This document shows, one piece after another, positions 28,018 through 38,015 of a stretch of DNA of 64,000 nucleotides. A program made the translations under genes and the position numbers. Below the pieces are notes generated by a model. It was given only the letters and a program-made list of their open reading frames with translations, ran no database searches and was not told the origin of the DNA. Position 1 is the stretch's first letter. Each line of letters starts with the position of its first letter. The stretch covers positions 160,001 to 224,000 of the forward strand of contig CBDANQ010000061.1 of the NCBI GenBank assembly GCA_965197725.1, read 5' to 3'. This stretch comes from Longimicrobiales bacterium (GTDB lineage: Bacteria > Gemmatimonadota > Gemmatimonadetes > Longimicrobiales > Gaopeijiaceae).

Positions 28018-28776
28018 GTGGCTGAAAACGACCCCGCCGAGACCGTCCTCATCACCTCCGACGTGCATCTCGGCACCATCTCTGACAAGCAGGAAGACGC
28101 CTTCGCCAGTTGGCTCGACCAGGCGGCCGAGGTCGCGGGGTGGATCGTGCTGAACGGCGACATCTTCGACTTCTGGTTCGAGTACCTCTGGGGGACCAGC
28201 CGCGGCTACGATTCCACTTTGACGCAACTCCGGCGAATCGTCGATTCTGGGGTGCGTGTGACACTGATGGGCGGGAACCACGATTGGTGGGGCGGCGCGT
28301 ACCTGCGTGACGAGGTGGGCGTGGAGTTCCTGCAAGGCCCCATCACCACGGACATGGCGGGGTTCCGTACGTTTCTCGCGCATGGAGACGGGCTCGGAGA
28401 GGGTGATCTCTCGTACCGCGCCCTCAGGCTGATCCTCCGGGGTCGACTGACTCGTTTCGCCTTCGCCATGCTGCCCCGCCGCCTGGGCGACCGGATCGGC
28501 GCGGGGATCTCCAAGACCGAAGACCGATGGACCCCGTCGGGACCCCCGGAACTCGAGAAGGCCGAAGCACTAAGGGAGTGGGCGTTCAAGGAGATGAGCA
28601 GACGCCCGGAGTTGGATCTCGTGTTGCTCGGGCATACGCACGTGCCGGCGTGCGAACACTTCGGCGAGAACCGATGGTACGTGAACTCCGGAGACTGGGT
28701 GTACCACCGCAGCTACGTGATGCTGCGCAACGGCGAGGATCCGAGACTCGTACAGTGGGAGAACGCGATCCTGTGA
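28018..28776 (+). CDS. lpxH: UDP-2,3-diacylglucosamine diphosphatase (LpxH-like)
   Basis: SDVHL, GDIFDFW, GNHD, HGD, GHTH, NSGDW. Confidence 0.8.
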   Translation: MAENDPAETVLITSDVHLGTISDKQEDAFASWLDQAAEVAGWIVLNGDIFDFWFEYLWGTSRGYDSTLTQLRRIVDSGVRVTLMGGNHDWWGGAYLRDEVGVEFLQGPITTDMAGFRTFLAHGDGLGEGDLSYRALRLILRGRLTRFAFAMLPRRLGDRIGAGISKTEDRWTPSGPPELEKAEALREWAFKEMSRRPELDLVLLGHTHVPACEHFGENRWYVNSGDWVYHRSYVMLRNGEDPRLVQWENAIL

Positions 28777-29384
28777 CGGCGTGCGCATCGACTCTAGTCC
28801 CGCGTGTCCCGGCCGTCCTCCTGTGCGCGCTCTCGTTCATGGTCGCATCGGGGCCGCTGTCCGGCCAGGAAGCCCCCGAAGAGAGCGAGCCTGACTCCAC
28901 GGCCCTCTTCATACCAGTGGCGCCCAGTAGGGCCTTCCTCAGGGCCGTATTAGTGCCGGGCTGGGGGCACGCCTCCATCGGTAGCCATACGCGCGCCGGC
29001 TTCTACTTCGCACTCGAGGCGACCACCGTGTACGGCCTTCTTCGCACCCGGAAACGCCTCAACGAGGTCGCCGCGAGAGCCGAGTTCAGGGAGAACATCC
29101 TCCGGGAGGATCTCGCGGCCCAGGACATCATCGACTTCGATGAGATCGAGTCCGCGCTGGACGCCGACGCAACGCTGGAGGACCTGCGCGAGCTGGAGGA
29201 CTCCCGCCGCGAACAGCAGGAAGACTGGGCCGCGCTGGGCATTTTCTTGCTCCTGCTGAGCGGCGCCGACGCGTACGTCTCCGCCCACCTCCAGGACTTC
29301 CCCGCACCCATCCAGATTCAGGCGGCCCCGGCGGGGGGCGGCCGCGTCGAAGTCGGATTTCGCATCAAGGTGGGTCGAGATTAA
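28773..29384 (+). CDS. DUF5683-like membrane protein
   Basis: RAVLVPGWGH, DAYVSAHL..F. Confidence 0.65.
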   Translation: MTACASTLVPRVPAVLLCALSFMVASGPLSGQEAPEESEPDSTALFIPVAPSRAFLRAVLVPGWGHASIGSHTRAGFYFALEATTVYGLLRTRKRLNEVAARAEFRENILREDLAAQDIIDFDEIESALDADATLEDLRELEDSRREQQEDWAALGIFLLLLSGADAYVSAHLQDFPAPIQIQAAPAGGGRVEVGFRIKVGRD

Positions 29385-29423
29385 CCGTTGCACGCGAGCC
29401 TCCGCGACGTCTCCGCGGAAACG

Positions 29424-29498
29424 CACCCCTGGCGGGAACGTGTGGGAATCGAACCCACCTACCCGGGTTCTAGCCGGGCCGCACGGTTTTGAAGACCG
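29424..29498 (-). repeat. att copy: duplicated 3' half of tRNA-Sec (75 bp)
   Basis: Identical to 32361-32435. Confidence 0.95.
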
Positions 29499-29929
29499 TA
29501 TACTCGTCAGGACCGCTGAAGACGCATGTCCACCATCGCATACTCCTGCAACAGCTTACGGCGATCCTCTCCTGATCCAGCATTGCACTCATAGGGGTCG
29601 GTTTTCCCTGGTCGCGGCACAGTCGTGGCACAATCGGTCTTGAGAGCCGTTGGATCGATCTCCATTCCCACGCTGGTCACCCTCTACTTATCACCTCTCC
29701 GCGCCTCCTCAAACCGACCCGTCACCCCCCAAGGCCCCCTAAGAGACTCCTTTATGGATGTTATGCCGAGTTCCTCGATCAGACCCCCGCCTTCGATCCC
29801 TCCGAGCCCGACCCCCACCAAAGGTGGGGTACCCGTCCCGACCAACGCTTCGCGACCACGCTCCGCGCGGTGCCCTGCCCTCGACTTCGAGCAGTCCGTG
29901 CCCGACGACTTCAACCCCTGAGTCCAGGC

Positions 29930-30055
29930 AGCTTCAACACCGACATCGCGGACGGCTGGGAGCGCAAGGGCGACGTATCTCACTTCTTCTACAACCTCTC
30001 CCCACAAGCCTACGGCCTCGGCATCAACATCCTCATCCGGGCGATGACCCACTGA
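29930..30055 (+). pseudogene. DUF4159-family C-terminal fragment
   Basis: FNTDIADGWE...AYGLGINILIRAMTH*. Confidence 0.6.
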
Positions 30056-30092
30056 ATCCGGCCTGCATGTAGCTTCCAGTGAGGAGGCATCG

Positions 30093-31886
30093 ATGTCGGG
30101 CAAGGACATTCGTGAAGGGTTTGCGTTCTTGGCGGTGGTCGTGGTGGCGGTCGCGGTTTGGTCGTGGTTTCGTACGCCACCGCCCGCCTCCGTGACCCGT
30201 GTTCCCGTGCGGATCCCCGAGGATCAGGCGTTTCATCCCACCGGAGGATTGTTCGACATTTCACGCGACGGTCTGTTGATGGTATACAGGCGTCAAAGCG
30301 ATGACGGTGGCAGTGAGTTGTGGGCACGACGCTGGGATGAATTGGATGCCACGCCGATCCGCGACACGCACGGCGCCGGCCTCCCGGCAATCTCACCAGA
30401 CGGTCGCGAAGTGGCCTTCACGGCCGCCGGGGATCCCGCTCGGATTCGCGTCGCCGCGGTGCAGGGGGCCGCCGCGCGGACCATCGCGGACTCGGCGGCC
30501 ATCGGGGGCGTGCACTGGAGTCCCGACGGCGCGTGGGTCTACTACACCAACGCTTCTTTAGGGCTGAGCCGGGTGCCTACGGGCGGTGGTGCGCCCGAGA
30601 TCGTGACACGGGTCGACACGTCCGTGGCCGGCCAGATTCATCGGGGAGTAGACGTGCTATCCGGTGGACGCGCCGTCATCTACACGGAAAGCGTGTCTCC
30701 GCTCATCGATCCCAGAATCAAGGTCCTGAACCTGGAAACGGGTGAGGTCCGGGACGTCACGGCAGGCAGATTCCCGCGGTACAGCGACACGGGGCATTTG
30801 CTCTTCATGGAAGCCGACGAGCCTACACTGCTAGCTGCCGCGTTCGATGTCGAGAGTCTGGAGCTGACCGGCTCGGCGCTGCCCGTGGTGGGCGGACTTC
30901 TTCGAGCTGACGACTGGCCGCTGTTCGCCCTGTCCCAGACCGGTACGCTCCTGTATGCAAGGCCAGTCGGGGGCCCTTACCTCACGCCCGTCTGGGTGGA
31001 GCGCGACGGCACTGCCCGTGAGATCGATCCCGGATGGATCCATCGAGGAGATGCGACCTATTCGAGTGTGGCGCTCTCCCCCAGCGGCGACCATCTCGCG
31101 ATCTCGATCCCGCGCTCCGGCGGGACCTGGCACCTATGGGTGAAACCGTTGCACGTGGACGCCGGGGCGTTGTCGCGGGTCACGTTCGAGGGCCCCCTCA
31201 ACTACAGGCCCACCTGGTCGTTGGACGGACGATCGCTGACGTTCATCTCGGATCGCGCGGGCCAGGTCGACCTCTGGACCAAGCGGACCGACGGCACCGG
31301 TACCGCAGAGCGAATCCTGGACAGACCGGGGGTGATCAGAAACGGGTTCTACTCTCCCGATGGTGACTGGCTGATCTTTCGGGAGGGAGAGGCCCCGGTG
31401 GCCGACATCTTCGCCATTCGAAATGCGAAGGGCGCGGAGGCGGTTCCGCTCGCGGTAACGGAATTCGGCGAACGCTCCCCGGCTGTCTCGCCCGACGGTC
31501 GCTGGCTCGCCTACTCCTCGGAGGAGTCGGGCGAGTGGCAGGTGTGGGTGACCGCCTTCTTCGAGATGAATTCTGACCGGTGGCAGGTATCCGTGGACGG
31601 GGGCCAAGGCCCGGTATGGGCACACAGCGGTCGTGAACTGTTCTACCGCAACGCGGCTAATGAGCTGGTGGTTGTGCCGGTGCGTGCAGGCTCTTCGTTC
31701 GACTGGGACCCCGGTCAGGTACTGTTCTCCATGGCCGATTTCCTGCTCAGCAACGGACGAGCGCAATATGACGTGAGCCCCGACGACGAGCGGTTCGTCA
31801 TGCTTAGATTCGCCGAGGGCGAGGACATGGAGCTCGTACTCGTCCAGAACTTCTTCGAGGAGTTGCAGCGGAGGATGGGGAATTGA
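30093..31886 (+). CDS. Membrane-anchored TolB/PD40 beta-propeller protein (kinase-less)
   Basis: GAGGAGG RBS, N-terminal TM, multiple SPDG blades, YDVSPD..RF...LVQNFFEEL end. Confidence 0.85.
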   Translation: MSGKDIREGFAFLAVVVVAVAVWSWFRTPPPASVTRVPVRIPEDQAFHPTGGLFDISRDGLLMVYRRQSDDGGSELWARRWDELDATPIRDTHGAGLPAISPDGREVAFTAAGDPARIRVAAVQGAAARTIADSAAIGGVHWSPDGAWVYYTNASLGLSRVPTGGGAPEIVTRVDTSVAGQIHRGVDVLSGGRAVIYTESVSPLIDPRIKVLNLETGEVRDVTAGRFPRYSDTGHLLFMEADEPTLLAAAFDVESLELTGSALPVVGGLLRADDWPLFALSQTGTLLYARPVGGPYLTPVWVERDGTAREIDPGWIHRGDATYSSVALSPSGDHLAISIPRSGGTWHLWVKPLHVDAGALSRVTFEGPLNYRPTWSLDGRSLTFISDRAGQVDLWTKRTDGTGTAERILDRPGVIRNGFYSPDGDWLIFREGEAPVADIFAIRNAKGAEAVPLAVTEFGERSPAVSPDGRWLAYSSEESGEWQVWVTAFFEMNSDRWQVSVDGGQGPVWAHSGRELFYRNAANELVVVPVRAGSSFDWDPGQVLFSMADFLLSNGRAQYDVSPDDERFVMLRFAEGEDMELVLVQNFFEELQRRMGN

Positions 31887-31914
31887 GCGGCCTCAACGCC
31901 GCCGAGTGCCGCAG

Positions 31915-32085
31915 ATGAGCGCCACCCCGGGGGAGCGCCTGAACGCGGCACTAAGCGGTCGATACCGCATCGACCGAAAGCTTGGCGAGGGCGGCATGGC
32001 CAAGGTCTACCTGGCCGACGACCTCAGGCACGAACGCAAGGTCGCGCTCAAGGTGCTGAAGCCAGAGCTCGCGGCCGTAGTCGGA
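31915..32085 (+). pseudogene. Ser/Thr kinase N-terminal fragment
   Basis: RLNAALSGRYRI..KLGEGGMA.VYLADDL.HERKVALKVLKPELAAVVG. Confidence 0.85.
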
Positions 32086-32290
32086 AGGGCCAGCCCATCA
32101 AGTACCTTCGCGACGCTTGGAACAGCGCATGTGTGAAGGCTGGCAACCCCGGCGCGTGGTTCCATGACCTCCGCCGGTCCGCCGTCCGCAACATGGAGCG
32201 GGCTGGTGTGTGGAGGTCTGTCGCGATGAAGGTGACCGGCCACAAGACGGAGAGCATCTACAAACGCTACGCGATCGCTGACGTGGTGTC
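32082..32290 (+). pseudogene. Tyrosine integrase C-terminal remnant
   Basis: PIKYLRDAWNSACVKAG...FHDLRRSAVRNMERAGV...TGHKTESIYKRY. Confidence 0.88.
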
Positions 32291-32366
32291 GCTAGGGCTC
32301 CGAGCACTCTCGATTCGGGAGAGACTCAGAGCCCTAATTCCTTGTAGCAACAATACCTTACACCCC

Positions 32367-32463
32367 TGGCGGGAACGTGTGGGAATCGAACCCACCTACC
32401 CGGGTTCTAGCCGGGCCGCACGGTTTTGAAGACCGCCGGAGACACCAGTCTCCCTCCGCCCCC
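32367..32463 (-). tRNA. selC: tRNA-Sec(TCA)
   Basis: 8-nt acceptor strand, 6-bp D-stem GGAGAC/GTCTCC with 4-nt loop, CT-TCA-AA loop, long variable arm, G discriminator plus CCA. Confidence 0.93.
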
Positions 32464-32581
32464 CCTCGAGGTGGTCGCCAGCCGTGTGACTGTCCAGCGA
32501 CGGGGTCGGACGTTAGGGGCTAGCGCCGTCGCGGCCAAGGGGGCGGGCCGGTGACTTCTGCCTCCTCCTTAGTCCCCGTCC

Positions 32582-33931
32582 TCACGCGCCTTCGCGGTCG
32601 ACCTGCCACGCTGCGGTCACCTCATCGAAGGTTTCGACCAGCGCGGCTCGCTGCTCGAGTAGCCGGTCGCGCCCGGGGCGGTGCCTCATCGCGCGCAAGA
32701 ACACTCGAACGTCCTGGCGAACTTGGGCCTGTCGCTCCCGCCACGCGATCGCAGCAAGGCCCGCCACGGGAAGCGCGGCTGTGACCACGGCTGCCGTGGG
32801 GAGCCCCCACTGGAACCACGTCGCCAAGGCCAGGAGTCCCCACCACAAGGGAAACGCGAGGATGGCCGTCCCGAGCTTGTAGGTGGCTACCTGATCGAGC
32901 TTGGCCCGAAACTTCGGCGCAACGTGGCGCGTCAGCATGAACGGGAAACCCCAGATGGCCACCCCCAGTAGCGCCACCGGCAGCACCAACGTGAGCATGA
33001 AGAGCTGGCGCGCCACGTACCTCAGCACGATGCCGACCCGGTAGGTGGGCGGCACGTCTCCGTCGCTGGCACCGAGCAGCGTGAGCAACCGCAGGTAGCG
33101 CCGCACCGAATATCGCAGCTCGGTCAGTCGCGCGGGATCGGTTGTCCGCAACCACCGGATCCCACTGGCGAAGGCCCGCAACCGCGGAAGCCGGTCGGCC
33201 ATGCGGTCCTTCTCGCGCCAGCGTACGAGCTTCTTCTGGCGCGAGTATAGGCGCTCGGCGACCTCCACCAGTTCGCGATCGTCCGGATGGTCGAAGTTCA
33301 GCGTGACCGACTCGAGATTGTGCCGGATCCTGTCGGTGAGTTGGCGTACAGCGGCCCGGTCATCCTCTTCGTACCGAGCCCGGAGATCCGAGATCGAGAA
33401 CGGCTCCCCGAAGGCGGCGACGACCCGGCCCCGGAAGAGATGCTTACGCGTGTACGTGAGCCCCACTGCCTGCACACGCACCTCGAGCGTCCAGTCGCTC
33501 TGCGCCGCGGCCTGCAGGGCTATGCGAGCCGCCCCGGTCCGGATCGGCGTGAGCGAAGGCTCCGAATGACTCTGTCCCTCTGGATAGATCTGCACCGCCT
33601 CACCGGCCTGGAGAGCGCCGATCGCGGCATCAAAGGTGCGGTCATTCAGGTGCACCGAGGCGGGGTCGTCCTGACGCCGATACACGGGCAAGCCACCGAG
33701 CCCACGAAGGAGGGTTCCCGTGAGGGCCTGATCGAAGAGAGGGGCCTTTGCGAGAGGCCTCGAGGGGCGCCCACCGGTGCGGAAGATCACCAGCGGATCG
33801 ACGAGCGCGTTGGGGTGGTTCGCCGTAACGAGCACAGGGCCGGCCACGAGTGAGGGACCCGTCCGCTCCACGTCGTAGAAGACCGAGACGGCCCAACCGA
33901 CGAGCTTCGTGATGATGCGTGGCAGCAGCAA
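32582..33931 (-). CDS. Lysophospholipid/glycerol-3-phosphate acyltransferase family protein
   Basis: NHPNALVD, YPEG motifs, C-terminal TMs; start approximate. Confidence 0.85.
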   Translation of the reverse strand: MLLPRIITKLVGWAVSVFYDVERTGPSLVAGPVLVTANHPNALVDPLVIFRTGGRPSRPLAKAPLFDQALTGTLLRGLGGLPVYRRQDDPASVHLNDRTFDAAIGALQAGEAVQIYPEGQSHSEPSLTPIRTGAARIALQAAAQSDWTLEVRVQAVGLTYTRKHLFRGRVVAAFGEPFSISDLRARYEEDDRAAVRQLTDRIRHNLESVTLNFDHPDDRELVEVAERLYSRQKKLVRWREKDRMADRLPRLRAFASGIRWLRTTDPARLTELRYSVRRYLRLLTLLGASDGDVPPTYRVGIVLRYVARQLFMLTLVLPVALLGVAIWGFPFMLTRHVAPKFRAKLDQVATYKLGTAILAFPLWWGLLALATWFQWGLPTAAVVTAALPVAGLAAIAWRERQAQVRQDVRVFLRAMRHRPGRDRLLEQRAALVETFDEVTAAWQVDREGA

Positions 33932-34069
33932 GCGTACTCCCGTTTTGGAAGTCCCTCCGCACCCGCGAGCGAAGATGGGTCCCGGAAAGGGCCGTGGGAA
34001 AGGCCCTCGGCTGTCATCCCTATCCGCTCGTTGGTAGTTTCCCCACCGCATTCACCGCGCATCACCGAC

Positions 34070-35104
34070 ATGAAGACCCAAGACTCCATCGCGAGGGACC
34101 GCGCCGCGAGATATCCAGCGACACCGGGTTCGGTGAGCCCCATAGACCTAATCGAAGGAGCCCGGAACCCCGGAATGCCGTTGGAGCTGGACTGGATCCG
34201 GGAGATTCGCGTGAATCGGAGCGCGGTCGAGCGTCGCACGGCCACGCTAGGCGCGCGCCGGAGCGTGAAGAAGGAGTGGCAGGCGGCATGGTTGCTCAAA
34301 GCGATCACGTTGATCGACCTGACGACGCTCGCGGGTGACGACACGCCCGGTCGTGTTCGAAGACTCTGCGCGAAAGCGCGGCAGCCGGTGCGCCGCGACC
34401 TCCTCCAGGCGCTCGGCATGGGAGACGACTCCGTGCGCACGGGCTCGGTGTGTGTCTACCACGCGATGGTCCCGACCGCCGTCGAGGCGCTCGCTGGAAG
34501 TGACATCCCGGTGGCCGCCGTATCGACCGGCTTCCCCCACGGGCTGAACCCACTCCCGCAGCGTATCGCGGAGATCGAGGCCTCCGTGGCGGCTGGCGCG
34601 AAGGAGATCGACATCGTCGTGACCCGAGCGCACGTGCTCACCGGGAACTGGCAGGCGCTGTACGCCGAAGTGCGTGCGTTCCGGGACACGTGCGGCGACG
34701 CCCACATCAAGACGATCCTCGCGACCGGCGAGCTCGCGATGCTCCGCAACGTGCAAAAGGCGAGCCTCGTCTGCATGATGGCGGGGGCGGACTTCGTGAA
34801 GACGTCCACCGGAAAGGAGAGCGTGAACGCCACGCTTCCCGTGGGCCTGACGATGGCGCGCGCGATACGCGCCTACGCTGAGCGTACGGGGTACGCGATC
34901 GGTTTCAAGCCCGCGGGTGGAATCAGAACCGCCAAGGATGCCCTCTCCTGGCTGATCCTGATGAAGGAAGAGCTCGGAACCGGGTGGCTGCGGCCCAACC
35001 TGTTCCGGTTTGGCGTTTCGTCGCTGCTGGCGGACATCGAGCGGCAGCTCGAACATCACGTAACCGGGCGCTACTCCGCCCTTCACCGGCATCCGCTGGC
35101 ATGA
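34070..35104 (+). CDS. deoC: Deoxyribose-phosphate aldolase
   Basis: IDLTTL.GDDT, EIDIV, FVKTSTGK, FKPAGGIR, FRFG.SSLL. Confidence 0.96.
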   Translation: MKTQDSIARDRAARYPATPGSVSPIDLIEGARNPGMPLELDWIREIRVNRSAVERRTATLGARRSVKKEWQAAWLLKAITLIDLTTLAGDDTPGRVRRLCAKARQPVRRDLLQALGMGDDSVRTGSVCVYHAMVPTAVEALAGSDIPVAAVSTGFPHGLNPLPQRIAEIEASVAAGAKEIDIVVTRAHVLTGNWQALYAEVRAFRDTCGDAHIKTILATGELAMLRNVQKASLVCMMAGADFVKTSTGKESVNATLPVGLTMARAIRAYAERTGYAIGFKPAGGIRTAKDALSWLILMKEELGTGWLRPNLFRFGVSSLLADIERQLEHHVTGRYSALHRHPLA

Positions 35105-37488
35105 GCAAGGTCGCCGAAGTCTTCGAGACGCTCGAATACGGCCCGGCTCCGGAGAGCACCCAGTTCGTCAACGAGTGGCTCGGGAAGCACGATCGTGCCT
35201 TCGGGCACTTCATCGGCGGCAGCTGGACTGACCCTTCGATAGGCGTGTCGTTCGAGACGGCGAATCCGGCGACCGCCGAACCGATCGCCAGGGTCAGCCA
35301 GGGTACCGTCGAGCACGTCCAATTGGCTGTGGCCGCCGCGCGTGCCGCCCAGCCGGGTTGGTGGGACCTCGGCTCGCACGGGCGTGCGCGCTATCTGTAC
35401 GCGATCGCCCGCAGGGTCCAGAAGTACGCGCGGCTGCTGGCCGTGCTCGAGAGCATGGACAGTGGCAAGCCGATCCGGGAGTCCCGCGACCTCGATATTC
35501 CGCTGGTCGCACGGCACTTCTACCACCACGCCGGGTGGGCGCAGTTGATGGAGGATGAACTCCCCGACTACGAACCCCTGGGCGTTGTCGGTCAGATCAT
35601 CCCGTGGAACTTCCCGCTGCTGATGCTCGCCTGGAAGATCGCGCCCGCGCTCGCGACGGGTAACACTCTGGTGCTCAAGCCGGCGGAGTTTACGCCGCTC
35701 ACCGCACTGCTCTTCGCCGAGCTGTGCCAGGAAGTGGGGCTACCTACCGGCGTCGTGAACATCGTCACCGGCGACGGGGAGACCGGCGCCGCCCTGGTCG
35801 ATCACCCCGACGTAGACAAGATCGCCTTCACCGGTTCGACCGACGTGGGGCGCGTCATCCGGGAGGCAACCGCTGGAAGCGGGAAGCGACTATCGCTGGA
35901 GCTGGGTGGCAAGTCCCCGTTCGTGGTCTTCGAAGACGCCGATCTCGACTCGGTCGTGGAAGGCGTCGTCGACGCGATCTGGTTCAATCAGGGCCAGGTG
36001 TGCTGCGCTGGTTCACGCATCCTCGTCCAGGAGGGTGTGGCCGAGGCTCTGGAGCGGAAGCTGCGCGCACGCATGGAGACCCTACGCATGGGCGACCCAC
36101 TCGACAAAGCCGTCGACATGGGCGCAATCGTGGCCCCCGTCCAGCTCGAGAGGATCAAGAGCCTCGTCGAGCAGGGTCGCTCGGAGGGTGCGGAAGTGTG
36201 GCAGCCCTCGTGGAGCGCTCCCCGTGACGGCTGGTTCTATCCCCCAACGCTGTGCACGAACGTGGCGCCGTCCGGCACCCTGGCGCAGATCGAGGTGTTC
36301 GGCCCCGTCGTCGTGATGATGACGTTCCGGACCCCCTCGGAAGCCGTCGCGCTCGCGAACGACACCCGCTACGGTCTCGCTGCGTCGATCTGGTCCGAGA
36401 ACATCAACCTCGCGCTCGACGTCGCGCCGAAGATCAAGGCCGGAACGGTGTGGGTGAACTGCACGAACCTCTTCGATGCGGCCTCCGGCTTCGGTGGCTA
36501 CCGCGAGAGCGGCTACGGCCGAGAGGGCGGTGAGGAAGGGCTCCTGGATTACGTGCGGCCCGCGTGGCAGCGCAGAGCCCCACTCGAACAGGAGCCCGTC
36601 CCGCACGAAGGGGTCGCGCAGGAGCCGACTGACGGCACGCCGGCCATCGACCGCACCGCAAAGTTGTACATCGGTGGCAAGCAGAGCCGGCCAGACGGGA
36701 ACTACAGCTGGCCCGTGTACGCCGCGGACGGCTCCGCCCTTGGCGAGGTCGGCCGAGGCAACCGCAAAGACGTTCGCAACGCGGTGGAGGCGGCACGTAA
36801 AGCGCAAGCGGGATGGGCCGCTCGGTCCGCCCACAATCGAGCGCAGGTTCTGTACTACTTTGCCGAGAACCTCGAGGCGCGCCGGGATGAACTGAGCGGA
36901 CGGCTGGCGGCGCTCTCCGGAGACGCCGAGAGCGCGCGCGGGGAATTCGAAGCCACCATCGACGGGATCTTCAGCTACGCTGCGTGGGCGGATAAGTGGG
37001 AGGGCCGCGTCCACCACACCCCCTTCCGCAACGTCACGCTCGCGATGAAAGAACCGATCGGGGTCATGGGCGCGGTATGTCCGCAGGCGCATCCCCTGCT
37101 CGGTTTCGTTTCGTGTGTCACGCCGCTCATCGCCGTCGGAAACGCTGTCGTAGTGGTTCCGTCAGAGGTCGGGCCGGTGCTCGCAACCGACCTGTATCAG
37201 GTCCTGGACACTTCGGACGTGCCCGGTGGGGTGGTGAACATCGTGACGGGTTTGAGGTCCGAGGTCGTGCCGACGCTCGAGAGCCACGACGACGTGGACG
37301 GAATCTGGCACTTCGGGAGCGCCGAAGATGCGCGCGCGGTCGAGAGCGCTTCCACCGGAAACATGAAGCGCACGTGGGTCAGTTACGGACGCGCGCGGGA
37401 CTGGTTCGATCGCCGGCAAGGTCAGGGGGACGAGTTCCTCCGCGAGGCGACCCAAGTCAAGAACATGTGGGTGCCGTACGGTGAGTAG
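35101..37488 (+). CDS. Long aldehyde dehydrogenase (ALDH16-like, extra C-terminal domain)
   Basis: PWNFP, FTGST, LELGGKSP, NQGQVCCAGSR; second partial ALDH domain; ATGA overlap with deoC. Confidence 0.92.
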   Translation: MSKVAEVFETLEYGPAPESTQFVNEWLGKHDRAFGHFIGGSWTDPSIGVSFETANPATAEPIARVSQGTVEHVQLAVAAARAAQPGWWDLGSHGRARYLYAIARRVQKYARLLAVLESMDSGKPIRESRDLDIPLVARHFYHHAGWAQLMEDELPDYEPLGVVGQIIPWNFPLLMLAWKIAPALATGNTLVLKPAEFTPLTALLFAELCQEVGLPTGVVNIVTGDGETGAALVDHPDVDKIAFTGSTDVGRVIREATAGSGKRLSLELGGKSPFVVFEDADLDSVVEGVVDAIWFNQGQVCCAGSRILVQEGVAEALERKLRARMETLRMGDPLDKAVDMGAIVAPVQLERIKSLVEQGRSEGAEVWQPSWSAPRDGWFYPPTLCTNVAPSGTLAQIEVFGPVVVMMTFRTPSEAVALANDTRYGLAASIWSENINLALDVAPKIKAGTVWVNCTNLFDAASGFGGYRESGYGREGGEEGLLDYVRPAWQRRAPLEQEPVPHEGVAQEPTDGTPAIDRTAKLYIGGKQSRPDGNYSWPVYAADGSALGEVGRGNRKDVRNAVEAARKAQAGWAARSAHNRAQVLYYFAENLEARRDELSGRLAALSGDAESARGEFEATIDGIFSYAAWADKWEGRVHHTPFRNVTLAMKEPIGVMGAVCPQAHPLLGFVSCVTPLIAVGNAVVVVPSEVGPVLATDLYQVLDTSDVPGGVVNIVTGLRSEVVPTLESHDDVDGIWHFGSAEDARAVESASTGNMKRTWVSYGRARDWFDRRQGQGDEFLREATQVKNMWVPYGE

Positions 37489-37568
37489 CGGCCGGTGCCG
37501 TCGGCGGCGGGGCCAAGGAATAACTCGTGCTGCGTCCGCCGCCGGGATGCTTCTTCAAGGCGCCGCGC

Positions 37569-37982
37569 TCAACCGACCGAGCGACGTCGCGCTTGGTTTT
37601 CCACCCGCGCGATGCACTCGATCTCGACGTCACAGAACTTGGGGAGCGCCGCCGCCTGCACCGTGGCGCGCGCCGGCCGATGGTCCCCGAAGTGCCGCGC
37701 ATAGACCTCGTTCATCTCCGCGAACGTGTTCATGTCGGAGAGGAACACCGTGGTCTTCACCACGCTCTGGAGCGACGAGCCTGCGGCCTTGAGCACGTGC
37801 GCGAGGTTCTTGAGGCACAGGTCGGTCTGGTTGGCGACGTCACCACGGTTGACTTCACCGGACGCCGCATCGAGCGCAATCTGACCCGAACAGAAAACCC
37901 ATCCGTCGCTGATGACCGCCTGTGAGTACGGACCGATCGCGGCCGGGGCCCGGTCGGTGTGGACGCGCTTGAGCTCGCTCAT
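37569..37982 (-). CDS. ridA: RidA/YjgF-family imine deaminase
   Basis: APAAIGPYSQA, SGQI, PARATV, VEIE. Confidence 0.92.
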   Translation of the reverse strand: MSELKRVHTDRAPAAIGPYSQAVISDGWVFCSGQIALDAASGEVNRGDVANQTDLCLKNLAHVLKAAGSSLQSVVKTTVFLSDMNTFAEMNEVYARHFGDHRPARATVQAAALPKFCDVEIECIARVENQARRRSVG

Positions 37983-38015
37983 CTTGGGTGCTCCGTATTG
38001 TGTAGGCGCACGGCT

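Larger units (their letters stand above)
29424..32435. mobile_element. Degenerate integrative element in tRNA-Sec
   Basis: 75-bp direct repeats, tyrosine integrase remnant, gene fragments. Confidence 0.85.

Noticed and set aside
32367..32463. tRNA-Sec as a chimera (G-U and G-A pairs in acceptor and anticodon stems)
   Set aside because: Both att copies have the same 3' half and such irregular pairs occur in natural tRNA-Sec
34070..37488. deoC plus double-length ALDH as a novel system
   Set aside because: Matches the known ALDH16-like architecture and a common pairing with deoC
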